From positions 8,885,231 to 8,949,230 of the forward strand of contig MU054187.1 in NCBI GenBank assembly GCA_013239625.1: a stretch of DNA of 64,000 nt. The letters are read 5' to 3'. This DNA comes from Lama guanicoe. Its lineage: Eukaryota. Position numbers and translations under genes: made by a program. The notes below the pieces were generated by a model. It saw nothing but the letters and a program-made list of their open reading frames with translations. It did not search any database and was not told the origin of the DNA. Position 1 is the first letter of the stretch. Each line of letters opens with the position of its first letter. Positions 28,204 through 42,059 of this stretch are shown piece after piece.

Positions 28204-28471
28204 TTATCAAACGCTGCTTGGAGAGCGAGATGTTGGGACAATATGAGAAAACCATGAGGACTTTAGCCTAGGTCTGAGAAACTGTTTTAGAACTACTACT
28301 GGATTGACATGGATATAATGTTTATTTTCTAATATATTTACCTTCATTTCTGGTAGATATTGTCAGGTAATCCTGAAGTCAAGCTTCTCATCAAAACAAT
28401 TTAGTCCCCAGAAGAGGTATACATGTTAAGGTCTAGAAAGCTTTGCCAATAGACTATGTTTGACTCCTAAC

Positions 28472-28744
28472 CAGGGGCAATGCTCAAAATATTCATAACT
28501 GGTCTGCATTGGCACCAACGAGTCAGAATGGATTCCTGGTTGTCATTGACTAGAGAACGGTCTGAAAGGTTCCTTGATGGGGAGTCCCAAGGGATGAGTT
28601 CCAGGGCAGGGGCCAAGGAAGCCAAAATAGCAGGGGAGTCCCCAGGGTCTTGAGAAAAGTGGCTATTTACTGCCCAACTGAGACATATGTCAACACTGTA
28701 ACTAGTGTAGATACATCTGTGTGTACTGACTCATATCAGCCTTG
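28472..28744 (+). mobile_element. Non-autonomous hAT-type fossil (MamRep38/MamRep1894-like)
   Basis: Ends CAGGGGCAATGCTCAAAATATT... and ...TCATATCAGCCTTG. Imperfect 8-bp TSD CTCCTAAC / CTCCTTCC. Confidence 0.6.
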
Positions 28745-29839
28745 CTCCTTCCTCTGAAACATCTATCACACTGGGCTAGACCTAGAGAAAAGGTATTTTT
28801 AAAAGAGACAGGTGATTTGCATTGAAAATGCTGACAGGCATCAAATGCACCTGAGGACTTCCTGTCAGAACACAATGGGTCAGGTGGGAGGAGAAGGAAG
28901 GAAAGAAAGAAGGAGTTCAGGGAACGCCATAACCTATCACAGCAACTAAAGGATTTGGCTGCGTGGATCTTGAGAAAAGGGAAGCAATATTGACTAGAAG
29001 GGAAACCTTAAACAAAAAGGGGACTAGGCAGGTAAAAGCTTGCCTTTTCCCTGGGTGACAAGAATGACAAGTTGCTGGCCACCAGGAGCAATGAGGTAAG
29101 CACCGGTTTCCATCAGCACCCCAAATCCAATTTGAAATCATCACTCCATCTTCAAAGCAATAGATGAAAAAGTTTACACTGAAGACAAAGCACCTGGAGT
29201 TGAATCACATCATCAACCTGGGGCTGATGAGACGCTGGATGGATTTCCTATTACATTTCAATGGGCCGAACATCTGTCTTAGAGTGAGCTTATTCAGCCT
29301 CAGCCAAAAGCTTTCATATCCAGGCATACCCATCATCATCTGAGGGCACTGAACTGAAAGATACTCTGAGGAGACAAGACAGACCATCGGGAAATCGTTT
29401 TAACTCATGAAAGCTTATCCTGAACAAGATTAAAAAAAAAAAAACACACACACCCCAGCTAAAGCATCATGAGAAAGAAGCTATGGCCTAGAACCAGGTT
29501 CTTCTTAAAAATGAGCCCGCACACTGTAGCTGTGAGAAAGTGACCTTTCACTTTCTGAAGAGGCAGCAGGTACCAAAGGGTGACTGACGTAATGAAGGCA
29601 CAAAACACTCTCTCACTGAGGCAGAGGAAAATGCCTGTATTTCTATGTTCATACAATAGGCATCAATAAACGTTGACCAAAAAATAAGGGGATAAATACA
29701 TCCAGCTCAATTCATTGTTTTATTCTGAAGATAGGAGGGAGTTATGACTTAAAAATCTCATCTTTAAAAACAGTGATGAGCGTGAGGTCTGGAGATGATA
29801 AATATCAGCCTCAGCCAGCCTCCCCGAAGAAACCCTGAG

Positions 29840-30098
29840 GGACACAGAGGACAAACTAGTGGTTGCCAGGGGGGCGTGGAGTGAGGGGGCAGGCAAAACA
29901 GGTGCAGGGGATTAAGAGGCACAAACTACTAGGTATAAAACAAGTAAGTTACAAGGATGGAATGTACAACACAGGGAATACAGCCAATATTTTATAATAA
30001 CTTTGTATGAAATGTAACTTATAAAAGTATCATATTACCATGTTGCAAAACTGAAACTAATATAATATTGTAAGTCAACTATACTTCAATTTAAAAAC
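29840..30098 (+). mobile_element. L1 3'-end fragment
   Basis: ACAAACTAGTGGTTGCCAGGGGG...AATGTACAACACAGGGAATACAGCC...GTCAACTATACTTCAATTTAAAAA. Confidence 0.85.
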
Positions 30099-32849
30099 TT
30101 GTACCCTTAGGGAGGCCTCATAGGATCCTGGAACTCAACAGAATGAACTTGGAAAATCGTGACAACATCCCACAGTATGTATCAGTCTCTTCCATTTCCA
30201 TAGGTCAGCCTTTCTTTAGGCTCTTCTACAAGGAAGCAACATTGGGAGATTACTGACAGTGCCAAAATAGTTTCCCCTCAATCCCAGGACAAGTAAACAA
30301 ATTCAACCCCATGTCTTAGTTGTCCCCAGAGATCTACAAGAGAAGACCTATGACTCAAAGAAATAACACTTTGGAGCAGGCACAAGTTAAAGCTGTGCCT
30401 TCTTTCTCTGGGGAAAACTCATACACAAGCTCCCAGATCCAAGTTCTGAAATGTTTTCGCAAATGGTGTGGAGAAAAATTCATCTCACTTTCTCAGCTGC
30501 CCTCAAAGCTCTGTTTGCAGCCACTTGATCAGATTCAGTCTCCTTGAGATGTGACAGACACCTCGCAAAGCAGAGCTATCGTGCATTTCACGGAAAGCCT
30601 CTCCCTGGAAGGCAGAGTTCCTTGGAATGGTACCACACTGGCCAGAAACCCTTACTTCCTGCAGTGCAGCATCCATCCAAGAAATAGTCTCTCTAGGACC
30701 AATACTGCCAAGAACAATACAGAAAAACATGTTGGCATTCACAAGCTTTGAAGGTAGCCCAGAAACTAAGATTCTCAGCCCACTCACAGAAGCAAAAGAC
30801 ACCCCCCTCCCCACTTCTTTGTCTAGATTACCTACCACTTACCTGAGAGATTTAGCCAGCCCACTAGTCACTAGTGAACAAAGACTAGCTCAAGGAAATA
30901 GGTTTTTTAGGGGAAGAAAAAAAAAAAGCAGCTCATGCTCAAGAGTCAGAGACTTAAGCAGAGTCAGATTCTTCTTAGAATGGTACCTCTCAATGCTGCC
31001 GGACCAGACTCTGCAGTGTCCATCTTCAACTTTGTGACTGAAGTTAGACACTCAGGACAAGGGTCCCCAGTAGGTCAACTAAAACTAATTAACTGAGCTC
31101 AGTCTTGATCCAGTAGCATGCACATGTTTGGTAACGCTAACTCAAAGTTAACTCAAAGGTTGTCTCACCAACCTTTCAACTGCCCTTGGGCTAGAGAGCG
31201 TAAGGGTGTGACCAGAGGTGATTATCATGGTCCCCTTCCTAGATCTCTATCCCTCAGCCTTTTTAACAAGGAAAGAATAAGTATACAGAAGCGACAAGAG
31301 ATCTAAATACTGACAAGTATTGTTATAATGTTACTTCTTTCCATTTAATGGCAGGAAGCCTTGGTCAGAACTTCCTAAATTTCTTTCCGTACTTCTCAGT
31401 AACTACGACCCAGCCTAACATCCTTACAAACTAATTAACGCCCTCTACCTTCTTTCTGGCTAGAATAACTCCTTACTATAAAAAAGAGGGACTAAACTCT
31501 TAAAAGGATTACGTTATTTCAAAATATTTACATATTTTAATCCATAAATATTCCCTAAATAATAAGTGTTTTGGTACAGTGGACTAATAATTTAGCTTAT
31601 GAAACTATTAATGGCTGGTTTAATGCAATTTCATATGTGACCAACTTATATTTTGGACTAATCTAGACAATGATATTTCCACACACTAGGCTCAGTTTCA
31701 TAAGCCAGATTTGCAAATATTTTAATAGAAAAATTTGATCTGAAGAAGAAGACTGGCAAACACCCTGGAAAAAATAATGTTAGAGATTGGAATCACAGCG
31801 CCATCAGGAGAGGCAGAGTAAAATTAAGAAAGATGGGCAAGGAGAAAATATCTAAATACCTTTTAAATTAGATTTGAAAAGGAGATGGAGGAGCAATGAG
31901 CTGTAAAGATAAGACAAAGGCAAACTTTCAGATTTCCAGATAAACAAGCAGACATCATTCACACCCAGTGAGCTACGTGACGCAAAGAGGTCATCAAGCC
32001 TCATGAGGAGCAATGCTCCCACCTCGCACGTTAATTATGAAAGGAAGTCTAGTCCTTGTCTGCCATATAGCTAGTTAGATTTCCAGTTTTCCATCTCACT
32101 GCTCTAAGGAATCATTTATGTTGGCTCAAGCCACCAGAGACTAATGGATATTCCCCACTCCATAAACCAGCCGCCACATTCATGTGTTTCTATGGAGAGG
32201 CTGGGGAGGGGAACACACACACAAGGTTTTTTACATAACCAAAAGTACCATTCACCAACAGTGCTGATGGGCATGCACTCCCACGTGTAAATCCAATAGG
32301 CATATATATCTCTAAAGTGTTGTTGTTCACCTTAATAACTTAGGCAGATGCCTATCAGTTCTGGTTGTGAGCACAAAGCTGCACCAATGAGGAGAAACTC
32401 GAAGCTGCATTGAGACTAATCCTTGCGTCACAACAAATTTGAGAAAATAAACTTTGACCTTCAGGTCTGCTAAGGTTCCTAGGACACAGAAGCCTGGCTG
32501 GCTGGTCAGGACCCAGATCAATTAGAAAGCTGAATCAGATTGCTTGTGGCTTTTTCTTTCTAGCAAAAATACCAACTCTGATCATTTTATTTTTCATCAG
32601 TACCCGCATCAAGGAAATTTTCTTATTATCACTTAGAATTTATCTTACAAAGAGTTAAAGCACAAAAAACAGGGGAAAAGAGCAAAACAACTAGGCTATT
32701 TTTCTCACACTTAAAAAAGGCAAAAAGAATACTGAAATTTTAAGTAACTTTTCACCTGACTGATAAAAAAGTTCAGTCGCTGTTTAAAGCTGAGCATACC
32801 AGGTTTAACCCAAGATACCAGCCACTCAATGGCACCATCTTTTACTTAC

Positions 32850-32867
32850 CTGAGCAGACCAGTCACA
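32850..32867 (-). other. Candidate 18-nt microexon
   Basis: Minus strand tttccatctttttctctcag|TGTGACTGGTCTGCTCAG|gtaagt: strong polypyrimidine acceptor and perfect CAG/GTAAGT donor, in non-repeat DNA. Confidence 0.5.
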
Positions 32868-34734
32868 CTGAGAGAAAAAGATGGAAATCTAAGTCATACA
32901 ATTGTGAATTAAATTCCAAGCTCCACGAAATCAGCACCAGAATAAAATGAACTGTTGGTTATTCTAGCTTCACCAAAATAAAGTTCAGATGTTTATGCTT
33001 GTGGCTTTTTTGTATGCATATCTGCTTTTCTGAGTGTTTTCTACAGTTGGTGTTGTCTACTGAGTTCAGCAAATTCCAAGATGATGCTGGCTAGAAATTT
33101 TGCTCTCTAGCTTAGAACTCAGAGGTAAGCCTAATCAAATTTATTCGGCAATAAAGCCAGAAATTCAGTTGTCATGACCCTCTCATACTCAGGCTACTCC
33201 TGTGGTAATTTCCAACTCAGGAACAGGAAATGAATCTCGGGTGAAAGCATTCAGCTCGTCAATGTGAAGCAAACCCAAGTTCTTCTACAAAATGGGATCA
33301 ACCTAGACTATTCCCATGCCTGAGTCAGTGTAGACAGTTGTCTCTCTGTGAACAATGATTCCCTGCAATTCGTGGAGAGTCATTTACCCAGCACCGTGGA
33401 AAAGTCACCATTGCTTTTTGGTGGTGGGTAGAAGTGATACATGGCGTTTAACTTTTCTTTAATAAAATCTTTTGTGAATAAGAGCACTCATCATTTTTGA
33501 AAAGACACAGTATCTCCTTTGTATTGTTTTTCTTCTAATACAGTAATTCATTTTTTAATCCCCTCTCTAGTTCTTAAAGAAAGCTGCAAGAGGGAAAACA
33601 TAAGAATAAAAGCTCTATGGTAGCTGTGAAAAACAACAGTCTAGCAGACACTGGAGGAAATGGGACACAGAATGGGAGCTCCCAAAAGCTGTCCCCAAAG
33701 AACTGTCACCATTTGATCTGTCTTGCAGCTCACTGAAAAGCTCCATTCTCAGGGCCTTTCTTTATTTGACACGATTTAGAACACACCCTGTGCAAACAGT
33801 CCTATCTACAGGACATTTGTCAAAAACAATCAGTGGCAATTGTTTAACATTGCTGCTGCTTGAGGCAGCATCGCCAATCAGGGTTAAACAAAAAATTTAA
33901 AAGAAAAAACTGGGTAACGACATGTCTACATGAGCTTTGAAAATTCTGAAATATTTCTGTCAGCAAGAAAGTCATGTGTCTGAGCAAGGCTCTGTGCATA
34001 CCCAGGGCTGTGTAAATGTCCAGAAAAGACCCAAGAAAGCCATGATTTTACACCCTCGGCTGACCATGAGATTCTGCCCAAGCAGAGAGTGAAGCTAAAA
34101 CAGATTTATAAATAACTTGCCATAGCATTGAAAGTGTGCCCCAGACACACACTTAAATACACACACACACACACACACACACAGAGTCCATTAGCAAAGT
34201 CTTGAGAGTCTTACTAGTTCAAAGAATTTAAGGAAATCTCCATTTACTCATTAGCTGATGACGAAGCTAACCAAGCAGAGACTTCAGTGGCTACACATAA
34301 CTTTATAGACTTTACACAGACTTTACAGAATTAGCTCAGGAATATCACTAAATAAATAAGCAAACAGTAATAACAAATAAAAATAACTCAGGTGGGGTGA
34401 GAGGGGAGGAATAAGGAGCAATATGATTTCCAGAGTTGTCACATCATACTATTTAAGGTGCCCAGATTGCAATAAAAAACTACAAGATATACAATGAAAG
34501 GAAACATATAACCTACACACAGGAAAAGCATCAGTAAGAGAAACCATCCCTAAGGAAGTTCAGATGTTGAAGTCACTAGACAAAAGTTTTTAGGCAGCTA
34601 TTAGAAATGCATTCAAAGAACTAAAAGAAACTGTACAATGTATAAAAGGAAATTTAGAGAATAATGTCTCAATGAATAGAGATCATCAATATGACATAGA
34701 AATTAGGATGGAGGAGGAGGAGGAGGCAAAGGAG

Positions 34735-35033
34735 AATCCCCTGTCCTTGAAATCTGACCAAGTTCCTCATTTCTCACTTGCATTGTCTTAAGTCCTTGAC
34801 TTCCTTCTAGCAAGCCTGTTTGGCCAGGTTAGCAAGAGTCCCCCTGCTCTTACTATCTCCTCTTAGATATTCCACATCCACTGACACCTTGACTGTCTGT
34901 TGGCTATAAATCCCCGTTTGTTCTTGTTTATTCAGAGTTGATACCAGGCTCTCTCCTCTACTGCAGTAGTTGCAACTGTCTTCGATAAAGTTTTCCTTAT
35001 TATTTTAACAAGTTAGAATAATTTTTCTCCTTA
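34735..35033 (+). mobile_element. MER31-like ERV1 LTR fragment
   Basis: TCTCCTCTTAG...CATCCACTGAC...TTGGCTATAAATCCCC...GATAAAGTTTTCCTTA...AACAAGTTAGAATAATTTTTCT. Confidence 0.7.
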
Positions 35034-35277
35034 TCCCCATATAAACACAACTGAGAGAATCTGTCACTACAGACAAGCCCTACAAGAAACACTAAAGGGA
35101 GTCCTTCAGGCTGAAACGAAGGACACTAGACAGTAACTCAAACTCATTTGAAGAAATAAAGAGTATCCTTAAAGGTAAATACATAGGAAAATATTAAAAA
35201 ATAGTATAAATATATTGTTTACAATTCCTTTTTACTCCTTTCTGCTTTTGAAAAACCAACAATAAAGAAAGAATTAT

Positions 35278-35412
35278 GGGGGAGGGTATAGCTCAGCGGC
35301 AGAGTGCATGCCTAGCACGCATGAGGTCCTTGGTTCAATCCCCAGCACTGCCATTAGAAATAAATAAATAAACGTCATTACCTATTCCCCCTCCAAAAAA
35401 AAAGTTCAAAAA
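35278..35412 (+). mobile_element. Camelid tRNA-derived SINE (vic-1 type) with TSD
   Basis: A box TAGCTCAGCGG and B box GGTTCAATCCC. TSD AAAGAAA(G/T)AATTAT at 35264-35277 and 35413-35426. Confidence 0.92.
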
Positions 35413-36079
35413 AAAGAAATAATTATAAAACTGGGTTGTGGATTATAATGCATAAAGATATAATTTGTATAACAATATCCATAGAGGCAGGAAGTAGATT
35501 AGTGACGAGCAAGGGCTTGGAAGAGAGAAATGGTTGCTATGCTATGGTGTTCTTTTAAGGGTGATAAATATCTGGAATTAGATACTGATGATGGATGTAC
35601 AACTCTGTGAATATGCTAAAAAGACCATTGAATTGTACACGTAAAAGAGCGAACTTTATGACATGTGAATTATACCTCAACAAAGCTACTATTTTTAAAA
35701 AGTCATTTCTTATCAATATCTTCTTAGATGATAAGCATGAAAACATTTCCTTTGAGAATAAAAATGTCATTTATTTCTTCCTAATATCACCTTCCTAACC
35801 TTCATGGAAAAGGACACAAAATATCAGGTTCCACTCTACTTATTTCTTATAATGCTTAAAACCTAGCTTTTAGTTTATGTGTATTCAATGTTGACTTTTC
35901 ATTTTCATTCATTCATTCATTCAGGAAATATTTGTTGAGTGACTATGGTATGTCAGGCATGGGGCCACACACCAAAATGCAGCAGTAGTCCCTGTCTCCA
36001 GAAGGTTCATAAAGGACTCAAAGAAATAAACACAAAATGTGTTGAGATAAAGATGTGCCAACTGCCACCATCACATCTT

Positions 36080-37640
36080 GCCTTCTACCTTCCTGTACAT
36101 ACAAATATTCTGCCTTCTCTCAGTTCACTGCAGATTATTCTAGCTATTCCTTAAGCCCAGCGTCACATTCTACAAGGCTATTTCTCCAACAACTGTCCTC
36201 TCTCTCCTGCATCATCAATTTTTCGCTCTCACTAGATTATTCCCATCAGCATATAAACCCTCAGATATTTCTCCCCCATATATTTTTTTTAAAAACTCCT
36301 CTTGGCCTCACTTCTCTCCTTCAATTACTTCTTTTTTTCTATCATTTCCTGTAAGGCAAAACTCTTTGACATGGTGCTCAGTTACTTCCAATTTCACCAC
36401 TCTCGTTTTCTCTTGAACATGACACCGTTTTTCACCCTCACTGCATCACTGAAACTACTCTTCTCAAAGTCACCAGTGACACAAACACCACACTCCCGGT
36501 AATATCCCTGCTTTCTTCCTGCTCCTTCTAAGTCTCTTTCGCTCAGATGTTTTATCTCCCCAATCTCAAAAGATGGGAAAGCCCCAGAGATCAGAGGTTG
36601 GTCCTCTTCTCTCTACCTACATTCATTCTCTACTTCATTTCATTCAGTCACAGACCTTAAGTACATCCATATGCCTCAAGCTTAGGTCTATAACCGGAAC
36701 CTCTCCCTGATCTCCAAACCTGTATACCCACCGGCCTACTGGATACTGCTGACGGATGCCTAATAAAAACCTCAAAATCCCTGTGTCCAAACTGAGCTGC
36801 TGATGCTCTCCCCAAAACAAATCCTAAAATCCTCCACGTCCCATTCAAAGCAACCACACCCTTCCACCCAAGGCAAAAGCCGTAGTTCCTCTTTCGGGTC
36901 ACCTCCTACATCTGGTCCATCAGCAAATTCTGTCAGCGTTACCTTCAAAACACATCAAGAATCTGAGCACGTCTCACCATCTCACTGTCATGACCTTGAC
37001 TTACAGATCAAGGTTACCTCAGTTACTTCAGTAATCTCGTCACTAGTGTCTCCCCTTCAGAAGAGTCTATTTTAAAATCAGTCAGATCATGTTACTTCTG
37101 TGCGCAAATCCTGCAAAGATGACCTAATTCCCTCAGAGTCTTTCCTATGATATAAAAGATCCCATGCACTCAGCCTTGCATTCCTTCCCCTCTCTCATCT
37201 TCTGTAGCTCTCACCTTCTCCCCACTGCAGCCACACTGGCCCGCCTGCAGGTCCCTGAACATCTCAGGCGCACTTCCACATCAGGACCTTTACACTCGAT
37301 GGACCCTCAGCCCAGGATGCTCTTCCCCCAAGCAGCTCCTTGACTTTGTTCAGACCTTTATTCAAAATTCACCTTCTCAGTGAGCCCTTCCCTGGCCACC
37401 CTATCGTATTTCAATATTCCCCCAGCAACTTATTTTTTCCCTCATTTTTTTTTCTGTACTTACCACTAAAACTAGATCTCACTCAGCATCTTATTTATCA
37501 TCTGTTTCCCTCTCTAGAATGTAAGCTCCATGGGGACAGATATTTTGTCTATTTTGCTCACAGGGTACCCCCAATGCATGGACTATGTGCAAGTCACAAG
37601 GCACTCAATAAATGAGTTATTAAATGATTCATAAATGAAG
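36080..37640 (+). mobile_element. Long L2 fragment
   Basis: Pyrimidine-rich L2 body ending CTAGAATGTAAGCTCCATGGGGACAG...GGCACTCAATAAATGA. Confidence 0.88.
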
Positions 37641-38745
37641 GCAAATATGATACTAAGAAAACAAGGAAGAAAGAGTGGAGTTACCATAGAAAATAAACAT
37701 GTGTTTTAGACACAGATCATAATCTGTCTCTCATATTGTGACAAGTTCAACAATCTAATTCTTACTTATTTTTCAAGCTCCAACTCGTATTTCTCCTTTT
37801 TTCATGAATTCTTCTGAGTCCTAGGACTCTGGGACTCTCTCCTTTGCTCATCTCCTAAACCCTCATAATTGGCATTAATCAGTTACCACTAAAGACCCTG
37901 TATAGTACTTTGCTATATGTATGTGCATGCAGATACACTTGCAAACTATTTCTCCAACCCTCTGCCATCTTTTTCAGAATGTGACCCTCATCTTACTCTT
38001 CTCTGTATCTGCCAGTTCCCACTACTGAGAATTCATGCAATTCTGTGCGTGTGTTTGGTCTATTTTTACTGGACAGAGCATCAGGATGTTTTAAAACATC
38101 AAGATTCATCAGCGCTCAGAGCACTGGGCACTCCTGGGGCTCTCCCAGCAGAAATCTCTCTGAATTACAGGAGATGATGACAATGGTAAGGCTGGGGGTA
38201 CAGCTTTTCTCTTTTTTCCCCTCATTTTTTTTCAATTGTGGAAGCATATATATAACATAAATTTTTAGTGTACAGTTTAGTGGCAGTAAGTGCATTCACA
38301 TTGTCGTGAAGCATCATCACCAACGTCTTATATAAACAAGTCCTTTAAATGCCTGTTGCAGAAGCAGAGGAAACCTCTTCATACTCTGCCTTATATGACA
38401 CCATTATATCAGTTACAACCCCCCCAAATTCCTGGGGGCTGAAAGTTATCCTTGTATTTTTTCAAGTTATCCCAGGATTTTAAGGGGCATAATTACTGGG
38501 AAAAAGTCACTATAAATAGCATTGAAAACTAGATAGAAATAGGAAAATATAGAAAAACATCCAAAAATATTCAAGGAAAATTTGGCAAATAACTTTTAAA
38601 ACTATTGCAAATAAAACTAAAGATAACTTCCAGTGATTTTACATAACCAAGAAAGCATCGGCATAACAAAGTTTATTTTCATTACCCAGAGGATACTTTA
38701 CAGCTCTATGTCTTGCAAGCACTTCACAACAAATAATTCTCTGCA

Positions 38746-38829
38746 TACGTATAACTGAATTGCCTTGCTGTGCACTTGAAACTAACATTGTAAACCGACT
38801 ACACTTCAATAAAAATATGAATTAAAAAC
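38746..38829 (+). mobile_element. Tiny L1 3'-end insertion with TSD
   Basis: TATAACTGAATTGCCTTGCTGTGCACTTGAAACTAAC...CTTCAATAAAA. TSD ATAATTCT(C/G)TGCA at 38733-38745 and 38830-38842. Confidence 0.82.
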
Positions 38830-41800
38830 ATAATTCTGTGCAAAAGATGTTTCCATCCGTCCATTTAACAGCTGCCCTCCACAAGAAGTGGCCTCTTTAT
38901 TTGCACGCCAGATAAATGAACAAGGCAGCTGAACCGCTGTAACCAAACTCTTTATATCACCATTAGCTGCCAGAGAACAGTACCCTCCCTTTAACCACAC
39001 TCCTTTTCCTCTCCCCATAATAGTTTTTTTAATCATAAAAAAATATAGGTTTAATTTAATAAAGGTATATTAAATCCATATGACTAACTTCAAGAAAAAG
39101 CATTGGGAAAGTTTGCGTAAAAATAAGGGAATAGAACATGTTTTGTGTGTTAGGAGTCACAGAAAGATGCCTAAGAAATCCATGTCAACACTCGAGCTTG
39201 CATTTTTGAATAAATGTCACATTAAACTATATACTGGGCTTTCAGTTGCTATCTCTCGTGATGACCTTGGGATCTGACCCAAATGAGCAGGCAAAAACAT
39301 TGTTTTTATTTACAAATCTACTGCCTTTAGAAGCAAACAGATGGAAATGTAAGAGCAACACACTTACAAATGTCACCACGACTATGGAGAATGCAGGTGT
39401 TTCAAAATAAGAAAAAAAAACAGGGGTGCACATCATTTAACAGATTCACATAGTTGAAGGTAAGTGTCCAAAGGCACCTACGAGTCAGCCTCAGGTTCCC
39501 TCCATAACACAGCGATCTGCAGACCTGGCTTCACGCAGCTCCCGGAGGAGCCCTGGAGAACTCTCTCCCCAGAGACCCACCGGGCCCCTCACACAGGTTG
39601 TAGTCGCCTCCCAAGGGTAGGCCGGGCACCATAAAGGAGCAGATGGATGCGCTCTGCTCAACTACCTTCATCTTCCCAAGGTTGCACTGACCTACGCAAC
39701 ACTCCTTTTCCTCCCCTGTCTTTTCCTAACCTCCACTTCAATTTTTTATGAGTGTCCTCAATGGAAACCTTAACTAAGCTGTTAGTTAGCACCTTAGCCC
39801 AGGACGTGAGCTCTGCTGGGTGGTTCCAGGTGCTAGCTAATTTGGTAGCTGTTCCTGAACAACTGAGGTTTGTGTAAAGATGATGTCCTGAAATCCTGGA
39901 AATAAGAAAAGGAATTCTGCCAATCATTAAGGATTAAACCACCGTTTTAAAGCTGACATGAAATTTAGTATTAAATTCATTACTGGAGTAAGACACAGCC
40001 AACGTAGTACCCGTAGAGGGAAACTACAAGCACTTAACGCTGAGGCTGTTCTCCTGGACTCTAGTTAGCTGGTTTCCTTAAAGCTGTATCCAAACACGGT
40101 CCCATCCGTCAGCTGCAGTCACTTGCTGCCTCAGTCACAAAAGCCCCCTGTCATCTCTGGACAGGATTCTGACAGCTTCCAGAGCATCAGTTCTGTCACT
40201 AACACTTATTTCTTTTCAACCCACATAAGATTATATTAATTTAACCAGGCTAGCGACATTCTTTTTCTGTTAAGATCAACCTTGAGGCCAGACCTGCCCT
40301 GACTCGGCGGTTCTCTGCAGGGTCCGTTTCGAGGGCTCCCCCTCCCACCCCTCTCGGCCGCCTTGGTCGGTGACTCCATTCGCAGCAGTCGCGCCGGGAA
40401 CACGAAACTGTCTGTCTCAGTTGACACTCCGTTAACTTTGGAGGTGAATTACTTTAGAGGAGTGCTTCTGCTAAATTGTAGCTGGCACATTCAGGTTGAT
40501 TACCGCCCTTCCATCTGACCTGACATGTTTCTCTCTCGGGCAGTAGGAGCAGCCACCTCTCGCTCAGGATGCCCACCTCTCAGAGGAGACGGCGGCGAGC
40601 AGCCACCTGAGCTGCCCGAGTCGGAGAGCACCCCCACACGCTCTAAACACTCATCCCACGCTGAAGGTGTAACGTGGTTATTTTCCACATGTTGGATACC
40701 ATAGGAATTTTCATTGATTCATGTAGAAATGACTTGAAATGTGTTAGCATTTGCTGGTAATTTTTAAGCTCAGTTAACCAGCCTGTGTAGGACATCATGC
40801 AACACTGACTGGACTTGAGATCAGCTGGAAATGGGAAATGAGAGAAAGCCATATAGAAGAGGATACAGAGTGAGTTGGTGGGCGGTGAAGACTTAATTTG
40901 TGAAAGGAATTTCACGAGGGGGGACCAGATGGGAGGAGCTTGCAAGGTGGAGGAGCAGGGAGAAAAATGAAATTGGTGTTAAACACGCTGCATTTTGAGA
41001 TGTGTGAGGCACTCATGAGATGAGAACTGGGAACTGAAAGTCAAAAGGGAAGTAGAGGCTAAAGAAATGGTTTGAGAATGATCATCCCAGAGATCGTTAC
41101 TAAAGCGTGGGAGTGGTTGAGATTCATAGAAAAGAGAGAACAGAGAAAGGAAAGAGAACACTAACTACTAAGACACGTTGCCATGCCTCTTTTGTCTGTC
41201 TCTTTTGGAGCACAAGTCCATTCATTCACGGAAGAGTGGGTAATTTTTGTGACTAGAGTTTAGGATGGATGGAGAGACAAAGAGGAGACTGAGACATTTC
41301 AGTCAAGGAAATCATTTTCTCAGCTACAATAAGAGACAATAAGATACAGATTTTAGCAAGTCTGGCTAAAATTGTCTGTATCACCAATGCCCCTTAAACT
41401 TATTTTATTCACACTGGACAAGGGAGCCTGGTAATCTACTAGTCAAATCTAGAGAATGAAAAATCTAAGCTCAGTTTAGTTTTTAGTTTATCTATGGTGA
41501 AACAACAAAAACCCATCTATATACTTTTCTTGTAAGATCTTGGAAAGGTTCACACAGGATTTTGCATATAAGCACTGATAGAGTCCATCATAATCATTAC
41601 CTTTCCCACGATAATAAAATTTGGATTACAAATTTTAACTTTTCCTTTAAAGTTACTCAATTCTACTCAATACTAGGCACAAGGAACTTGATTTCTACCT
41701 GCTACCGACCAACCATTCTGAGGATTTCTAGAATGTAAGAGTCTTTGTGCTTACACGTGTCCTATACCTATAAATCTATCCTTGTCCTGCACAATGAAAA

Positions 41801-42059
41801 CCACAGATTATTCACTTATTTTCTGCTCCAAACCTCTGGACACTCAAAATTCTTTTACCAAGTCCTACAAGCATTTGGCAGAGTCTCACTGAAAGCTGCA
41901 GTTCTGTGTATTTATCTGCTTTTGCTAACACAAGCACAAGAGAACAAAGGTTACATCAACCACCTTCTAGGCTTTGCCCCATCACTCCCTCTCCTGGAGC
42001 CCTACCCACTCAAACCCTCAGAGCTTCTCACGAGGCTGAAGCAGTAGTTACATTACAGG

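Larger units (their letters stand above)
33600..35700 (+). mobile_element. Old L1 mosaic (5' UTR/ORF1 remnants joined to an L1MB-like 3' end), interrupted by an LTR and a SINE
   Basis: TGATTTCCAGAGTTGTCACATCATACTATTTAAGGTGCCCAG, CTACAAGAAACACTAAAGGGAGTCCTTCAGGCTGAA, and 3' end GAATTATACCTCAACAAAGCT. Confidence 0.8.

Noticed and set aside
28342..28372. 31-nt minus-strand exon candidate (DYLTISTRNE)
   Set aside because: Weak acceptor. It supports an alternative frame (CDWSAQ-DYLTISTRNE-DYCFTLS), which shows how easily such chains arise by chance.
30843..30870. 28-nt minus-strand segment with a perfect CAG|GTAAGT donor
   Set aside because: Several competing AGs, not 3n, and stops in two frames. 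It could only be a non-coding or pseudo-exon.
40236..40427. MESPTK motif reminiscent of the PDE1C N-terminus
   Set aside because: Similarity ends after six residues and there is no good donor site.
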